Source: Malacoraja senta
Lineage: Eukaryota
Assembly: GCA_038087875.1 (NCBI GenBank)
Contig: CM075995.1
Location: 4,528,001 to 4,592,000 of the forward strand
Direction: 5' to 3'
DNA length: 64,000 bases
Shown: positions 1-11,500 of the stretch, piece after piece
Layout: every line of letters begins with the position of its first letter
How positions within the stretch are numbered: position 1 is the first letter of the stretch
The notes under the pieces: model-generated
Told to the model about the DNA's origin: nothing
The model's input: only the letters and a program-made list of their open reading frames with translations
The model's database searches: none
Translations under genes and position numbers: made by a program

Positions 1-502
1 CAACATTTCAGAACTTTGTTCAAATCAAATTCAACCTCATATTATTCAGTATTTTTGATGAATTACCAATATTTCCCACTTGCCAAAGATCGTTCTCAGG
101 ATATTAACACATTCTCAAACTAACACCGCCTCAGTCGGCCCACCCAAAGAGCGATACGATACGATAGAACTTTATTTATCCCAGGAGGGAAATTGATCTG
201 CCAACAGTCACTCAGATTCACTGCTCATGAGTCCATCTGCAGACCATCTTTGGCTTGACTTGACTTGACAAGGAATTCAGGTGAATTTGAAAATTCCTCT
301 CTGCACTGAATCTTTTAAATTTGGAAGTATAACCTATACATTTAATAAATAGGTGGGATGCAATGGCAAATTTATTCAGTGTTTCTAAAGCATAACACAA
401 AACACATGAAATATACATTTCACTGTAGAAAAATAGTGTGATCTATTTCCACACTTTCACGGTAATTGTAATTGATTTTATTAGCTCAGTATTTTATTAG
501 CC

Positions 503-793
503 AAGTCCAGAACCAGGGGCCACAGTCTTAGAATAAAGGGGAGGCCATTTAAGACTGAGGTGAGAAAAAACGTTTTCACCCAGAGTTGTGAATTTGTGGA
601 ATTCCCTGCCACATAGAGCAGTGGAGGTCAAATCACTGGATGGATTTAAGAGAGAGTTAGATAGAGCTCTAGGGGCTAGTGGAATCAAGGGATATGGGGA
701 GAAGGCAGGCACGGGTTATTGATTGGGGACGATCAGCCATGATCACAATGAAGAGCCGAATGGCCTCCTCCTGCACCTATTTTCTATGTTTCT
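503..793 (+). mobile_element. CR1/HER1-type LINE 3' fragment
   Basis: End of ORF2 (TRGHSLRI...[13 protein letters not shown]) plus 3' tail ...cctcctcctgcacctattttctatgtttcta. Confidence 0.85.
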
Positions 794-817
794 AAAACAG
801 AACAAGTATGTAAATGA

Positions 818-1470
818 TATGGGGAATTTGATTTGCCATACAGTTATACCATAAAAGCAACAAAACACGCAACCACATAAAAATTTAACGTGAACATCCA
901 TCACAGCGCCCTCCACATTCCTCACTGTGATGGAAGCCAATAAAGTCTTATCTTCTTTCCTCCTTTTTCTCCCGCGGTCAGGGGAGTCGAACCATTCGCA
1001 GTCGGGGCGATTGAAGCTCCCGTCGCCGACGATCGAAGCTCCCATGATCGGGGCGGTCGAAGCTCCTGCAGCTTGGAGCTCCCGAAGCCGGTCCCTAACC
1101 AGGAACAGCGAACCCCACGATGTTAAAGTCAGCAGGCTCTCGCGGTTGGAGCTTCCGAGGTCGATCCCTGGCAAAGGGACCGCCAGCTCGGAGATGTTAA
1201 ATCCGCAGGCTCCCGCGGTTGGAGCGCCCAAGGTCGATCCCCAGCAAGAGGCCGGATGTTAGGCCGCAGTGCAGACGGGGATCCGATAAGGAAAAAGTCG
1301 CATCTCCGTCAAGGAAAGAGATTTTTTTAAAGTTTCCCTCCACCCCCCACATAATGCAAAACTAAAGATCCACTAAAACAACATTTAACTACAGACTAAA
1401 CAAAAACAAAATTGAGAAAGGGCCGAGACAGACTGTTGGCGAGGCAGCCATTATACGGCGCCACCCACAT
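818..1470 (-). mobile_element. GC-rich non-coding retroposon-like repeat, copy A
   Basis: Shares 5' ggtgggggcgc-like start, cggagatgcga motif, ccatcacagtg stem-loop and 3' region with copies near 15555, 21463, 32470 and 55775. Confidence 0.6.
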
Positions 1471-1639
1471 GGAAATAGATCACCTTAGCAGGAGAACACT
1501 CAGAGATTTATTTGAATTTTTAAATATATATTTTCCAATGGAAGCAGTTCCACAAAGTTTATTCTAAATGGCCCGGTTTTCATGTTACAGACGGCATCAT
1601 TATGTCATTTCTTTGTCTAAAACCCCATAACTTTAGACT

Positions 1640-1935
1640 GCACGGTGGTGTAGTAATAGAGTTGCTGCTTACAGCACCAGAGTTCTGGGTTCGATCCTGA
1701 CTACAGGTGCTGTCTGTACGGAGTTTGTATGTTCTCCCCGTGACCACGTGGGATTTCCCCGAGAGCTCCGTTTTCCTCCCACACTTCAAAGACATACAGG
1801 GTTGTAGGTTAATTGGGTTCGGTAAAGACTGTAAATTGTCCCTATTGTAGCATAGTGCGGGGATCGCTGGTCAGCGCGGAATTAGTGGGCTGAAGGGCCT
1901 GTTTCCGCAATGTATCTCTAAACTAAACTAAACTT
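1640..1935 (+). mobile_element. HE1-type V-SINE
   Basis: tRNA-like head with B-box gggttcgatcc, V-domain (ggagtttgtatgttctccccgtgacc...ctcccacac), CR1-like tail ending (aaact)n. Confidence 0.85.
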
Positions 1936-2054
1936 AATTTTCTTGCAAAGCATTTAATAGGTGTCACTGGATAGTGGCCTGAGAGAATACGGATTAACTA
2001 CTTTAGTAAGGGCTTCGATTCCATGTACAAGTTATTATCTAGAGGATAATTTTA

Positions 2055-2350
2055 TTGTTTAGTTTAGAGATACAGCACGGAAACAGGCCCTTTGACCCAC
2101 TGAATCCACGCCGACCAGCGATCCCCGCACATTAACACTATCCTACGCACACTCGGGACAAATTACAATTATACCAAGCCAATTAACCTACAAACCTGTA
2201 TTTCTTTGGAGTGTAGGAGGAAACCGGAGCACCTGGAGAAAACCCACGCAGGTCACGGGGAGAACGTACAAACTCTGTACAGACGAGCACCCATGGTCAG
2301 GATTGAACCCGGGTCTCTGAGGCTGTAAGGCAGCAACTCTACCGCTGTGT
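2055..2350 (-). mobile_element. HE1-type V-SINE
   Basis: Reverse complement of the same head/V-domain/tail structure. Confidence 0.85.
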
Positions 2351-2420
2351 TTCATGCTGTGTTCCACAATGTTTAGGTGGAATTTGAGAAATAGCCCACA
2401 GAAACTCCGCCGCATCTTAC

Positions 2421-2559
2421 CAGGCCTCACTTTAACGAGGATGCTGTCTGTATCCGACTTGCCCTTTGCATCAGTTACTGTCAGGTGAAAAATGTACTTC
2501 CCTTCCACGAGATTGGCCAACTGCAGCATTGCATCATGGTCTGAACCATGCAATACGTC
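2421..2559 (-). CDS. KIAA0319: KIAA0319 coding exon 14 ([46 protein letters not shown])
   Basis: ttgcag|GAC ... CCT G|gtaaga; 139 nt. Confidence 0.95.
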
Positions 2560-5500
2560 CTGCAACAGAAGGACATTGTCACTCGTCACCGTTAACTTTT
2601 TAAAGCAACGCAAAAATATGAGCCGAGGTAAGACAAATCAAAGCTACAACTTCACTTCAACAAGGGTGCTCTCTGTATCCGACTTGTCCTTGTGATGTTT
2701 GAAAAGATACACATCCAGATTCAGGGACAGTTTCTTCCCAGCTACTATCAGCAACATTAGGAACAATCCCGTTATCTATTCCTTTCTCATGTGAACAAGT
2801 TGAATGACGATACAATGCAATGAACTGGTCCAGAAACGTTACAGTTTTCAGGCTCCTGTACCTTCTTCTGATGGCAATGGTGAAATGAGTGTGTGGCCAG
2901 GATGGTGTGGGTCTTTGATGATTTTGGCTGCCTTTTTGAGGCAGCGACTATGATAGATCCCTTCGATGGTGGGGAGGTCAAAGCCAGTGACGGACTGGGC
3001 AGTGGTCACAACTTTTTGTAGTCTTGTCCGCTCCTGGATGTTCAAGTTGCCGAACCAAGCCACGATGCAACCAGTCAGAATTCTCTCTACCGTGCACCTG
3101 TAGAAGTTTAGGAGAATCCTCTTCGACATGCCGAATCGGCATAATCTTCTCAGTCGCTGATATGCCTTCTTTATAATTGCATCGGTGTGCTGGGTCCAGG
3201 AAGGATCTTCGGAAATATGCACGCCCAGGAATTTGAAGTTTGAATTTGAACAGCAGGACAGGCATTATCTCTGGATAGAAGGAATGGGTGACGTTTTGGG
3301 TCAAGACTCTTCTTCAAACTCAGAACTTCAGACTTCAAACTCCTTTGCAGACTTCAGTCTGAAGAAGGGTCTCGACCCAAAACGTCACCCATTTCTTCTA
3401 TGCAGAGGTTCTGCCTGTCAATAGACAATATAAATAGACAATAGGTGCAGGAGTAGGCCATTCGGCCCTTCGAGCCAGCACCGCCATTCAATGTGATCAT
3501 GACTGATCATCCCCAATCAGTACCCCGTTCCTGCCTTCACCCCATATCCCCTGTCCCGCTGAGTTACTCCAGCATTTTGTGTCTATAAACTATGTAAAGA
3601 ATAAATTAGTTATACAGCAGCTGAAGTAGTGTGGGTTTTATACTCACACCTGCAGCCGGGCTCTGGCCATCTCTGGTCCAAAGGTAGGATTCAATGGCTT
3701 GGTCGTCAGTAGATCTGGAGCCATCAAGAGTGATGGAGTTGTTGGGCAATGACAGAACATGGTTACCTCCAGCATTGGCCACGGGACAACCGTTGACTTC
3801 TTAAAAACAAAGTCAAAATTCAGTTTATTATTGAGTGGGATATTATTTGACAGCAGAGTCAATCATTTCTAGTTTTAATAATCCCGAGCCTTTGATAAGA
3901 AAGCCGATTTAAGATGTCTCTTTACAAGTACCGTTATACACAGTTGTTCTATGTTTATTCTCTTTTGGTTCAAAATACTATTCCAAAGACAATTCCATTA
4001 GATTAATTTCCCTCCTGGGATAAATACATTTCTATCGTATCGTATTCCAAAGATGTACAAGTTTGTAGGCTTATTGGGTTTGGTAAAATTATAAATTGTC
4101 CCTAGTGTGTAGAATAGAGCTAATGCATGGAGATCGCTGGTTGGCGCGGATTCATTGGGCCGAAGGGCCTGTTTCCACGCTACATCTCTAAATTAGTCCC
4201 AGGAATCCTGATCTCAGGAATGAGTAGGTTAACCTAAGATGAGTGTTTGTTGGCACTGGGCCTGTACTCACTGGAGTTTAGATAAATTAGGGGGGACCTC
4301 ATTGAAACATACAGAGTAGTGAAAGGCTTGGATAGAGCAGACATGGAGAGGATATTTCCACTTGTGGGAGAGTCTAGGACTAGAGGTCATGGCCTCAGAA
4401 TTAAAGGACGTTCTTTTAGGAAGGAGATGTGGAGAAATGTCTTTAGTCAGAGGATGGTGAATCTGTGGCCACAGATGACTGTGGAGGCCAAGTCAATGGA
4501 TATTTTTAAGGCAGCGATGGATAGATTCTTGTTTAGTACGGGTGTCAGAGGTTATGGGGGGGAAGGCAGGAGAATGGGATAAGGAGGGAGAGATAGATCA
4601 GCCATTATTAAATGGTGGTGTAGACTTGATGGGCCGAATGGCTTAATTCTACCCCTCTCACTTATGACTAAACTATTGACTAAACCATATGACTAAACTA
4701 TTAACGGCTGTAAAATCGGCCGTTACATGCCGAAGTATCGAACAATAAAAAGGGTACGTTAGCTTAGCGCAATAAATTAATGGAAGCTTGCCAAGTTACA
4801 AAATAATGTGGGCACTGACCTTCTTTGACAATGATTGCCAGCATCTTTGAGCTGTTCAGACCCTGTTGGTCAGTGACAGTCAGTCTCAGCTGATAGAATC
4901 CAACCTGAAGTCCCAAAACTGTGGCTACAGCCTTGTCCTTTCCTTCAATTTTCACATTGGAACCACTGGGAAAAAGAGAGCTTGCATTGATAAGGCACCT
5001 TTCACAACCTCAAAGTAATTAAAATGGCCACATACTGACATGAAGACACAAACGCAAATTTTGATATTTTTGTGATGAGGAAACCCAATATATGCACAGT
5101 GAAAGAAAAGATCAAAAAACAAAACTGCAGATGCAAGAAATCCAGAAAAAAAAAGCTGATTTCTTTTAGGTTTATTTTTAAGCTTATTATTGTGAAATGT
5201 ACCTAGATACAGTTAAACGCTTTGTTTTGCATGTTATCCAATCAAACTAGCAATGTTACAACATTTTGAGAATTAAAAAATCAAGTCTGCAATATATCCC
5301 ATCAGATAAAGCATAAAAAGAAGTTTAATTTAACACCTAATTCACTTTCATATCTTCAGTATTAAAAATGTTATGGCCATTTTCATACTCGGAAATTAGC
5401 ATCTTCTTCCCTATTGCTTTTCCGTTGACTTAACACAAAAGCTGTGACCAAGGACAGTCAAAAGCCCATAACTTTCTTAAAAAATTAAGAGAACTGAAAG

Positions 5501-8500
5501 AAATTTTCAGTTATTATAGATTGAAGTATTCTGAAACAAATATGAAACAATCTTACTTGGATGACCTGAAATTAAAGCATTTAAGTAGTTAGTTACCCAA
5601 TTGTAGCTAATTACAAAATTCAATTACTAGATCTAAACATCTATCAATTTCTTAAGAAAAGATGAACATTTTTAAATAGCCTTAGTGTCCAAATAACATT
5701 CACACAAGAATTCACAATATAACATGATTTTTAAATGTCATTGTCTTTAATTTATAGGCCATATGGAAGGAATTTAATGTTTAATTCCCGTAAATTAATG
5801 GCCATTTAAATTATCTTGCGAGTGGGTTTTTGTGGAACGCGATCAATTGGAACGTTGCATTTGCGGTGAATTTAAACCCCATATCGGCAGGAAAAATACT
5901 GCCGGTTCGTATGGGGAATAAGTCACCTTCTCGCAACGTGAAATTTTGATTAAAGGTGTCCTAAGAAGCACTTTTTAATGAAAAAATAAACTGTGTACCT
6001 TGACTTGTCCCCTACGTGAGGTCCGTCCCGTTCTCGGCGTTCACGGCTTTAGAAGATGATTTTTAATTTACTACAGTAATTAAATTAGTAAGCGCAGTTT
6101 AAAAATAATTCCAGAGAACGGCAGTCGAAGCGATTTTTCTTCATCAACTATTTAGCCTGTTCAAAATCGATTTGAATAGGCTTCCGAAATACCGCATTTT
6201 AAACCCGCCCCCATCTCAACGGCGTCAAAGTCGCGCACACGGGCAGTGACAGAACTGCAGCGCCGCTTAAGGTAAGTTTTGTAACATACCTAATCAAACC
6301 AGATAATACTGTACATAAATACAATCAAGACAAACTCAAGCACAATAGGAAGAGTGAATGGAAAGATACAGAGTGCAGAATATAGTTCTCAGCATTGTTC
6401 AGTTTAGTTTATTGTCACATGTACCGAGGTACAGTGAAAAGCTTTTTGTTGCTTGCTAACCAGTCAGCAGAAAAACAATACATGATTACAATCAATCCAT
6501 TCACAGTGTATAGGTACATGATAAGGGACTAACGTTTAGATCAAGGCAAAGCCAGCAAAGTCCAGTTAAGGATAGTCCGAGGGACATCAAAGAGGTAGTT
6601 AGTAGTTCAGCACTGCTCTCTGGTTGTGGTAGGATGACTCAGTTGCCTGAATCTGGTGGTCCAGAGACAAAGTCCAACATCCACAATGAGGTAGAGGAGA
6701 ATCGGACAGTACCCTGGCTCATGGAAGGATCATTGCGAAGCCTGATAATAGAGTGGTAGAAGCTGACGGTGCATTGTTGGAAACACTCAGCAGGCCAGGC
6801 AAAGAGAAACAAAGTTCACACATGAAAGGATGCCAGAGCTAAAAGTTTAACCATTCATCTTTCTATGGATGAGGCCTGACCAGCTGAGTGTTTACAGCAT
6901 TTTATATATAAAGCAAAGAAAATTACAGTACAGCAACAGACCCTTCAGCCCACATAATGGGAACATAATGCCAAGCTATGCTAAATCTCCTCTGCCTGCA
7001 CGTGATCCATGTGCCAATCTAAATCTTTCTTGTGCTACTACTTTATCTGTCTCCGCCACCACCCAGCACGTTCCAGGCATCCGCCATCCTCTCTGTAAAA
7101 AAAACTTGTCTCCCTTATCTCCTTTAAACTTTGCCTTTCACCCCTAACTAAACCCAAATAATTCAGCTTATTTCCCCCCCCCCCCCAGATTTCCTGCATC
7201 TGCAGTTTTGTTTTTTTGATCTTTTCACTTGCTGTGCATGTAATGCCTTTCCTCATCACAAAAATAGCTACATTTGCATTGTCTTTATTTTATATGTACA
7301 GACAGCACCTACAAACAGCAATGAGGTAATGCCTCCTTTCAATGTCTTGGGCTGACAGCTAAATACTGGCCATGGGGGCGTGAGACCACACTCCACTTCC
7401 ATTTACAAAAGACAATTTACTTTCCAAAAGGAGGGCTGAACTGACCACTTGGATGTTGTGCCCAATGTAGGGAATGTGACTTAGCCAGGAATTTGTAGGA
7501 TAGAGGCAAGAATATATTTTAATTTAAAAATATGTTGATTTTATATACAAATTAAAATTGCAGCCATGGCATGCATGCACGGCCAAGGCGATGATGAGTG
7601 TTAAATGATGTCCTTAGCCGTGGTTAGTTTGTGCCACACTTAGGGAAACTAGGAGCGAACAAAATGCACAATTTAAAGACACAAAGTGCTGAAGAAGGGC
7701 CCTGACCAGCGTTTTTCCAAAGATGATGCCTGACCCGCTGAGTTACGACAACACTTTGAGTCTTCTTTGTAAATCAGCATCTGCAGTTCCGCGTTTCTCC
7801 AAAATGCACAACCTGTTAGTTCCAGACAACAGTTACCTTATCAGTTCCCAATGATACGATGCAATACCCTGGTCATCAGTACTTCCCTCTCCATTCAGAG
7901 TGGTGCTTTCAACGGGACTTGTTAATTCCTTGTCCGGACCCACAATTGCCACAGGGGGAAGGTTGGCCTCTGTGGAAAATATACAGCAAAGCAATAATAC
8001 TGCATTTACGACTAAACCATTGTCAAAATGGAAGCAAAGATCTTAAATAGAAACATAGAAGAAATGTAGAAACAAGGAACTGCAAATGCTGGTTTCTACC
8101 AAAGATAAGACAAAAAAATGCTGGAGTAACTCAGCTGGTCAGGCAGCATCTCTGGAGACAGAGGCTAGAAAAAGGTGAAGGAGGGTTGCGACCCAAAACG
8201 TTACCCAGTGTTTTTCTCCTGAGATGTTGCCTGACCCGTTGAGATACTCCAGCACTTAAGATGTGTCCATCTTAAATATTGAAAGCAGCTTCCACAACAC
8301 ATGCAGGTATTCAGTATGTAAAACATTGCGCATAACTTGAACAAATCTCTTCCATAGAAACATAGAAAATAGGTGCAGGAGGAGGCCATTCGGCCCTTTG
8401 AGCCAACACCGCCATTCATTGTGATCATGGCTGATCGTCCCCAATCAATAACCCGTGCCTGCCTTTGACTCATATACCTTGATCCCACTAGCCCCTAGAG

Positions 8501-11500
8501 CTCTATCTAACTCTCTCTTAAATCTATCCAGTGACTTGGCCTCCACTGCCCTCTGTGGCAGGGAATTCCACAAATTCACAACTCTCTGGGTGAAAAAGTT
8601 TTTTCACACCTCAGTCTTAAATGGCTTCCCCTTTATTCTAAGACTGTGACCCCTGGTTCTGGACTCGCCCAACATTGGGAACATTTTTCCTGCATCTAGC
8701 TTGTCCAGTCCTTTTATAATTTTACATGGTTCTATAAGATCCCCCTCATCCTTCTAAACTCCAGTGAACACAAGCCTAGTCTTTTCAATCTTTCCTCATA
8801 TGACAGTCCCGCCATCCCAGGGATCAATCTCGTGAACCTAAGCTGCACTGCCTCAATCACAAAGATATCCTTCCTCACATTCGGAGACCAAAACTGGACA
8901 CAATACTCCAGATGTGGTCTCACCAGAGCCCTATACAAGTGCAGAAGAACCTCTTTATTCCTATACTGAAATCCTCTTGTTATGAAGTTTGAATCATATT
9001 TGGGTTCTTTAAAATGTTTTAATATTATAGCATGAAGGGTATTCCTAAATGGTAGAAGAACATTAGTAGACTTACTCAGCAGATCTGTGACCATTTCTAC
9101 AAGGCCAAATAAAAGAAAAAGTTTACAATTTTGGCCAAGGGCAACACTGGCACAGTGGCGCAGTGGTAGAGTTGCTGCCTTACAGTGCTTGCAGCACCGG
9201 AGACCCAGGTTCGATCCCGATTACGGGTGCTGTCTGTACGGAGCTTGTACGTTCTACCGTAAACCGTGTGGGTTTTCTCCGAGATATAGATACATAGATA
9301 GTAAATAGGTGCAGGAGTAGACCATTCGGCCCTTCGAGCCTGCACCGCCATTCAATATGATCATGGCTGATCATCCAACTCAGTATCCCGTACCTGCCTT
9401 CTCTCCATACCGCCTGATCTCTTTAGCCACAAGGGCCACATCTAACTCCCTCTTAAATATAGCCAATGAACTGGCCTCAACTACTCTCTGTGGCAGAGAG
9501 TTCCAGAGATTCACCACTCTCTGTGTGAAAAAGTTTTTTCTCATCTCGGTCTTAAAGGATTTCCCCCTTATCCTTAAGCTGTGACCCCTTGTCCTGGACT
9601 TCCCCAACATCGGGAACAATCTTCCTGCATCTAGCCTGTCCAACCCTATTTTGTACGTTTCTATAAGATCCCCTCTCAATCTCCTAAATTCTAGCGCGTA
9701 TAAGCCGAGTCTATCCAGTCTTTCTTCATATGAAAGTCCTGACATCCCAGGAATCAGTCTGGTGAACCATCTCTGCACTCCCTCTATGGCTATAATGTCC
9801 TTCCTCAGATTTGGAGACCAAAACTGTACGCAATACTCCAGGTGTGGTCTCACCAAGACCCTGTACAACTGCAGTAGAACCTCCATGCTCCTATACTCAA
9901 ATCCTTTTGCTACGAAAGCTAACATACCATTCGCTTTCTTCACTGCCTGCGGCACCTGCATGCCTACTTTCAATGACTGGTGTACCATGACACCCAGGTC
10001 TCGCTGCATCTCCCCTTTTCCTAATCGGCCACCATTTAGATAATAGTCTGCTTTCCTGTTTTTGCCACCAAAGTGGATAACCTCACATTTATCCACATTA
10101 TACTGCATCTGCCAAACATTTGCCCACTCACCCAGCCTATCCAAGTCACCTTGCAGTCTCCTAGCATCCTCCTCACAGCTAACACTGCCTCCCAGCTTAG
10201 TGTCATCCGCAAACTTGGAGATGTTGCCTTCAATTCCCTCATCCAGGTCATTAATATAAATTGTAAATAGCTGGGGTCCCAGTACTGAGCCTTGCGGTAT
10301 CCCACTAGTCACTGCCTGCCATTGTGAAAAGGACCCGTTTACTCCTACTCTTTGCTTCCTGTTTGCCAGCCAGTTCTCTATCCACATCAATACTGAACCC
10401 CCAATACCGTGTGCTTTAAGTTTGTATACTAATCTCTTATGTGGGACCTTGTCGAAAGCCTTCTGAAAGTCCAGTTACAACACATCCACTGGTTCTCCCC
10501 TATCCACTCTACTAGTTACATCCTCAAAAAATTCTATAAGATTCGTCAGACACGATTTACCTTTCGTAAATCTATGCTGACTTTGTCCAATGATTTCACC
10601 ACTTTCCAAATGTGCTGCTATCCCATCTTTAATAACTGACTCTAGCAGTTTCCCCACTACCGATGTTAGACTAACTGGTCTGTAATTCCCCGTTTTCTCT
10701 CTCCCTCCCTTCTTAAAAAGTGGGGTTACGTTTGCTACCCTCCAATCCTCAGGAACTACTCCAGAATCTAAAGAGTTTTGAAAAATTATCACTAATGCAT
10801 CCACTATTTCTGGAGCTACTTCCTTAAGTACTCTGGGATGCAGCCTATCTGGCCCTGGTGATTTATCGGCCTTTAATCCATTCAATTTACCCAACACCAC
10901 TTCTCGACTAACCTGGATTTCACTCAGTTCCTCCATCTCCTTTGACCCGCGGCCCCCTGCTATTTCCGGCAGATTATTTATGTCTTCCTTAGTGAAGACG
11001 GAACCAAAGTAGTTATTCAATTGGTCCGCCATATCCTTGTTCCCCATGATCAATTCACCTGTTTCTGACTGCAAGGGACCTACATTTGTTTTAACTAATC
11101 TCTTTCTCTTCACATATCTATAAAAACTTTTGCAGTCAGTTTTTATGTTCCCTGCCAGTTTTCTTTCATAATCTATTTTCCCTTTCCTAATTTAGCCCTT
11201 TGTCCTCCTCTGCTTGTCTCTGAATTTCTCCCAGTCCTCTGGTATGCTGCTTTTTCTGGCTAATTTGTACGCATCATCTTTTACTTTGATACTATCCCTG
11301 ATTTCCCTTGTTATCCACGGATGCACTACCTTCCCTGATTTATTCTTTTGCCAAACTGGGATGAACAATTTTTGTAGTTCATCCATGCAGTCTTTAAATG
11401 CCTTCCATTGCATATCCACCGTCAACCCTTTTAGAACGAATTGGCAGTCAATCTTGGCCAATTCACGTCTCATACCCTCAAAGTTACCTTTCTTTAAGTT

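Noticed and set aside
218..418. Candidate next KIAA0319 exon near the window start
   Set aside because: No frame resembles the expected post-PKD5 segment; that exon presumably lies outside the window.
1060..1245. Spaced short repeats (ttggagc…gtc(g/c)…ccc) reminiscent of an array
   Set aside because: Only about three degenerate units inside a retroposon-like repeat in a vertebrate intron with no cas genes; not CRISPR.
743..1262. 100-170 aa ORFs in the GC-rich repeats (also 15654-16315, 21463-22076, 55800-56380)
   Set aside because: Frames are not conserved between copies, and long ORFs are expected at this GC content.
1640..1720. tRNA-like sequences with A/B boxes (more than 20 occurrences)
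   Set aside because: Each runs into the V-domain and LINE-like tail, so they are SINE heads, not tRNA genes.
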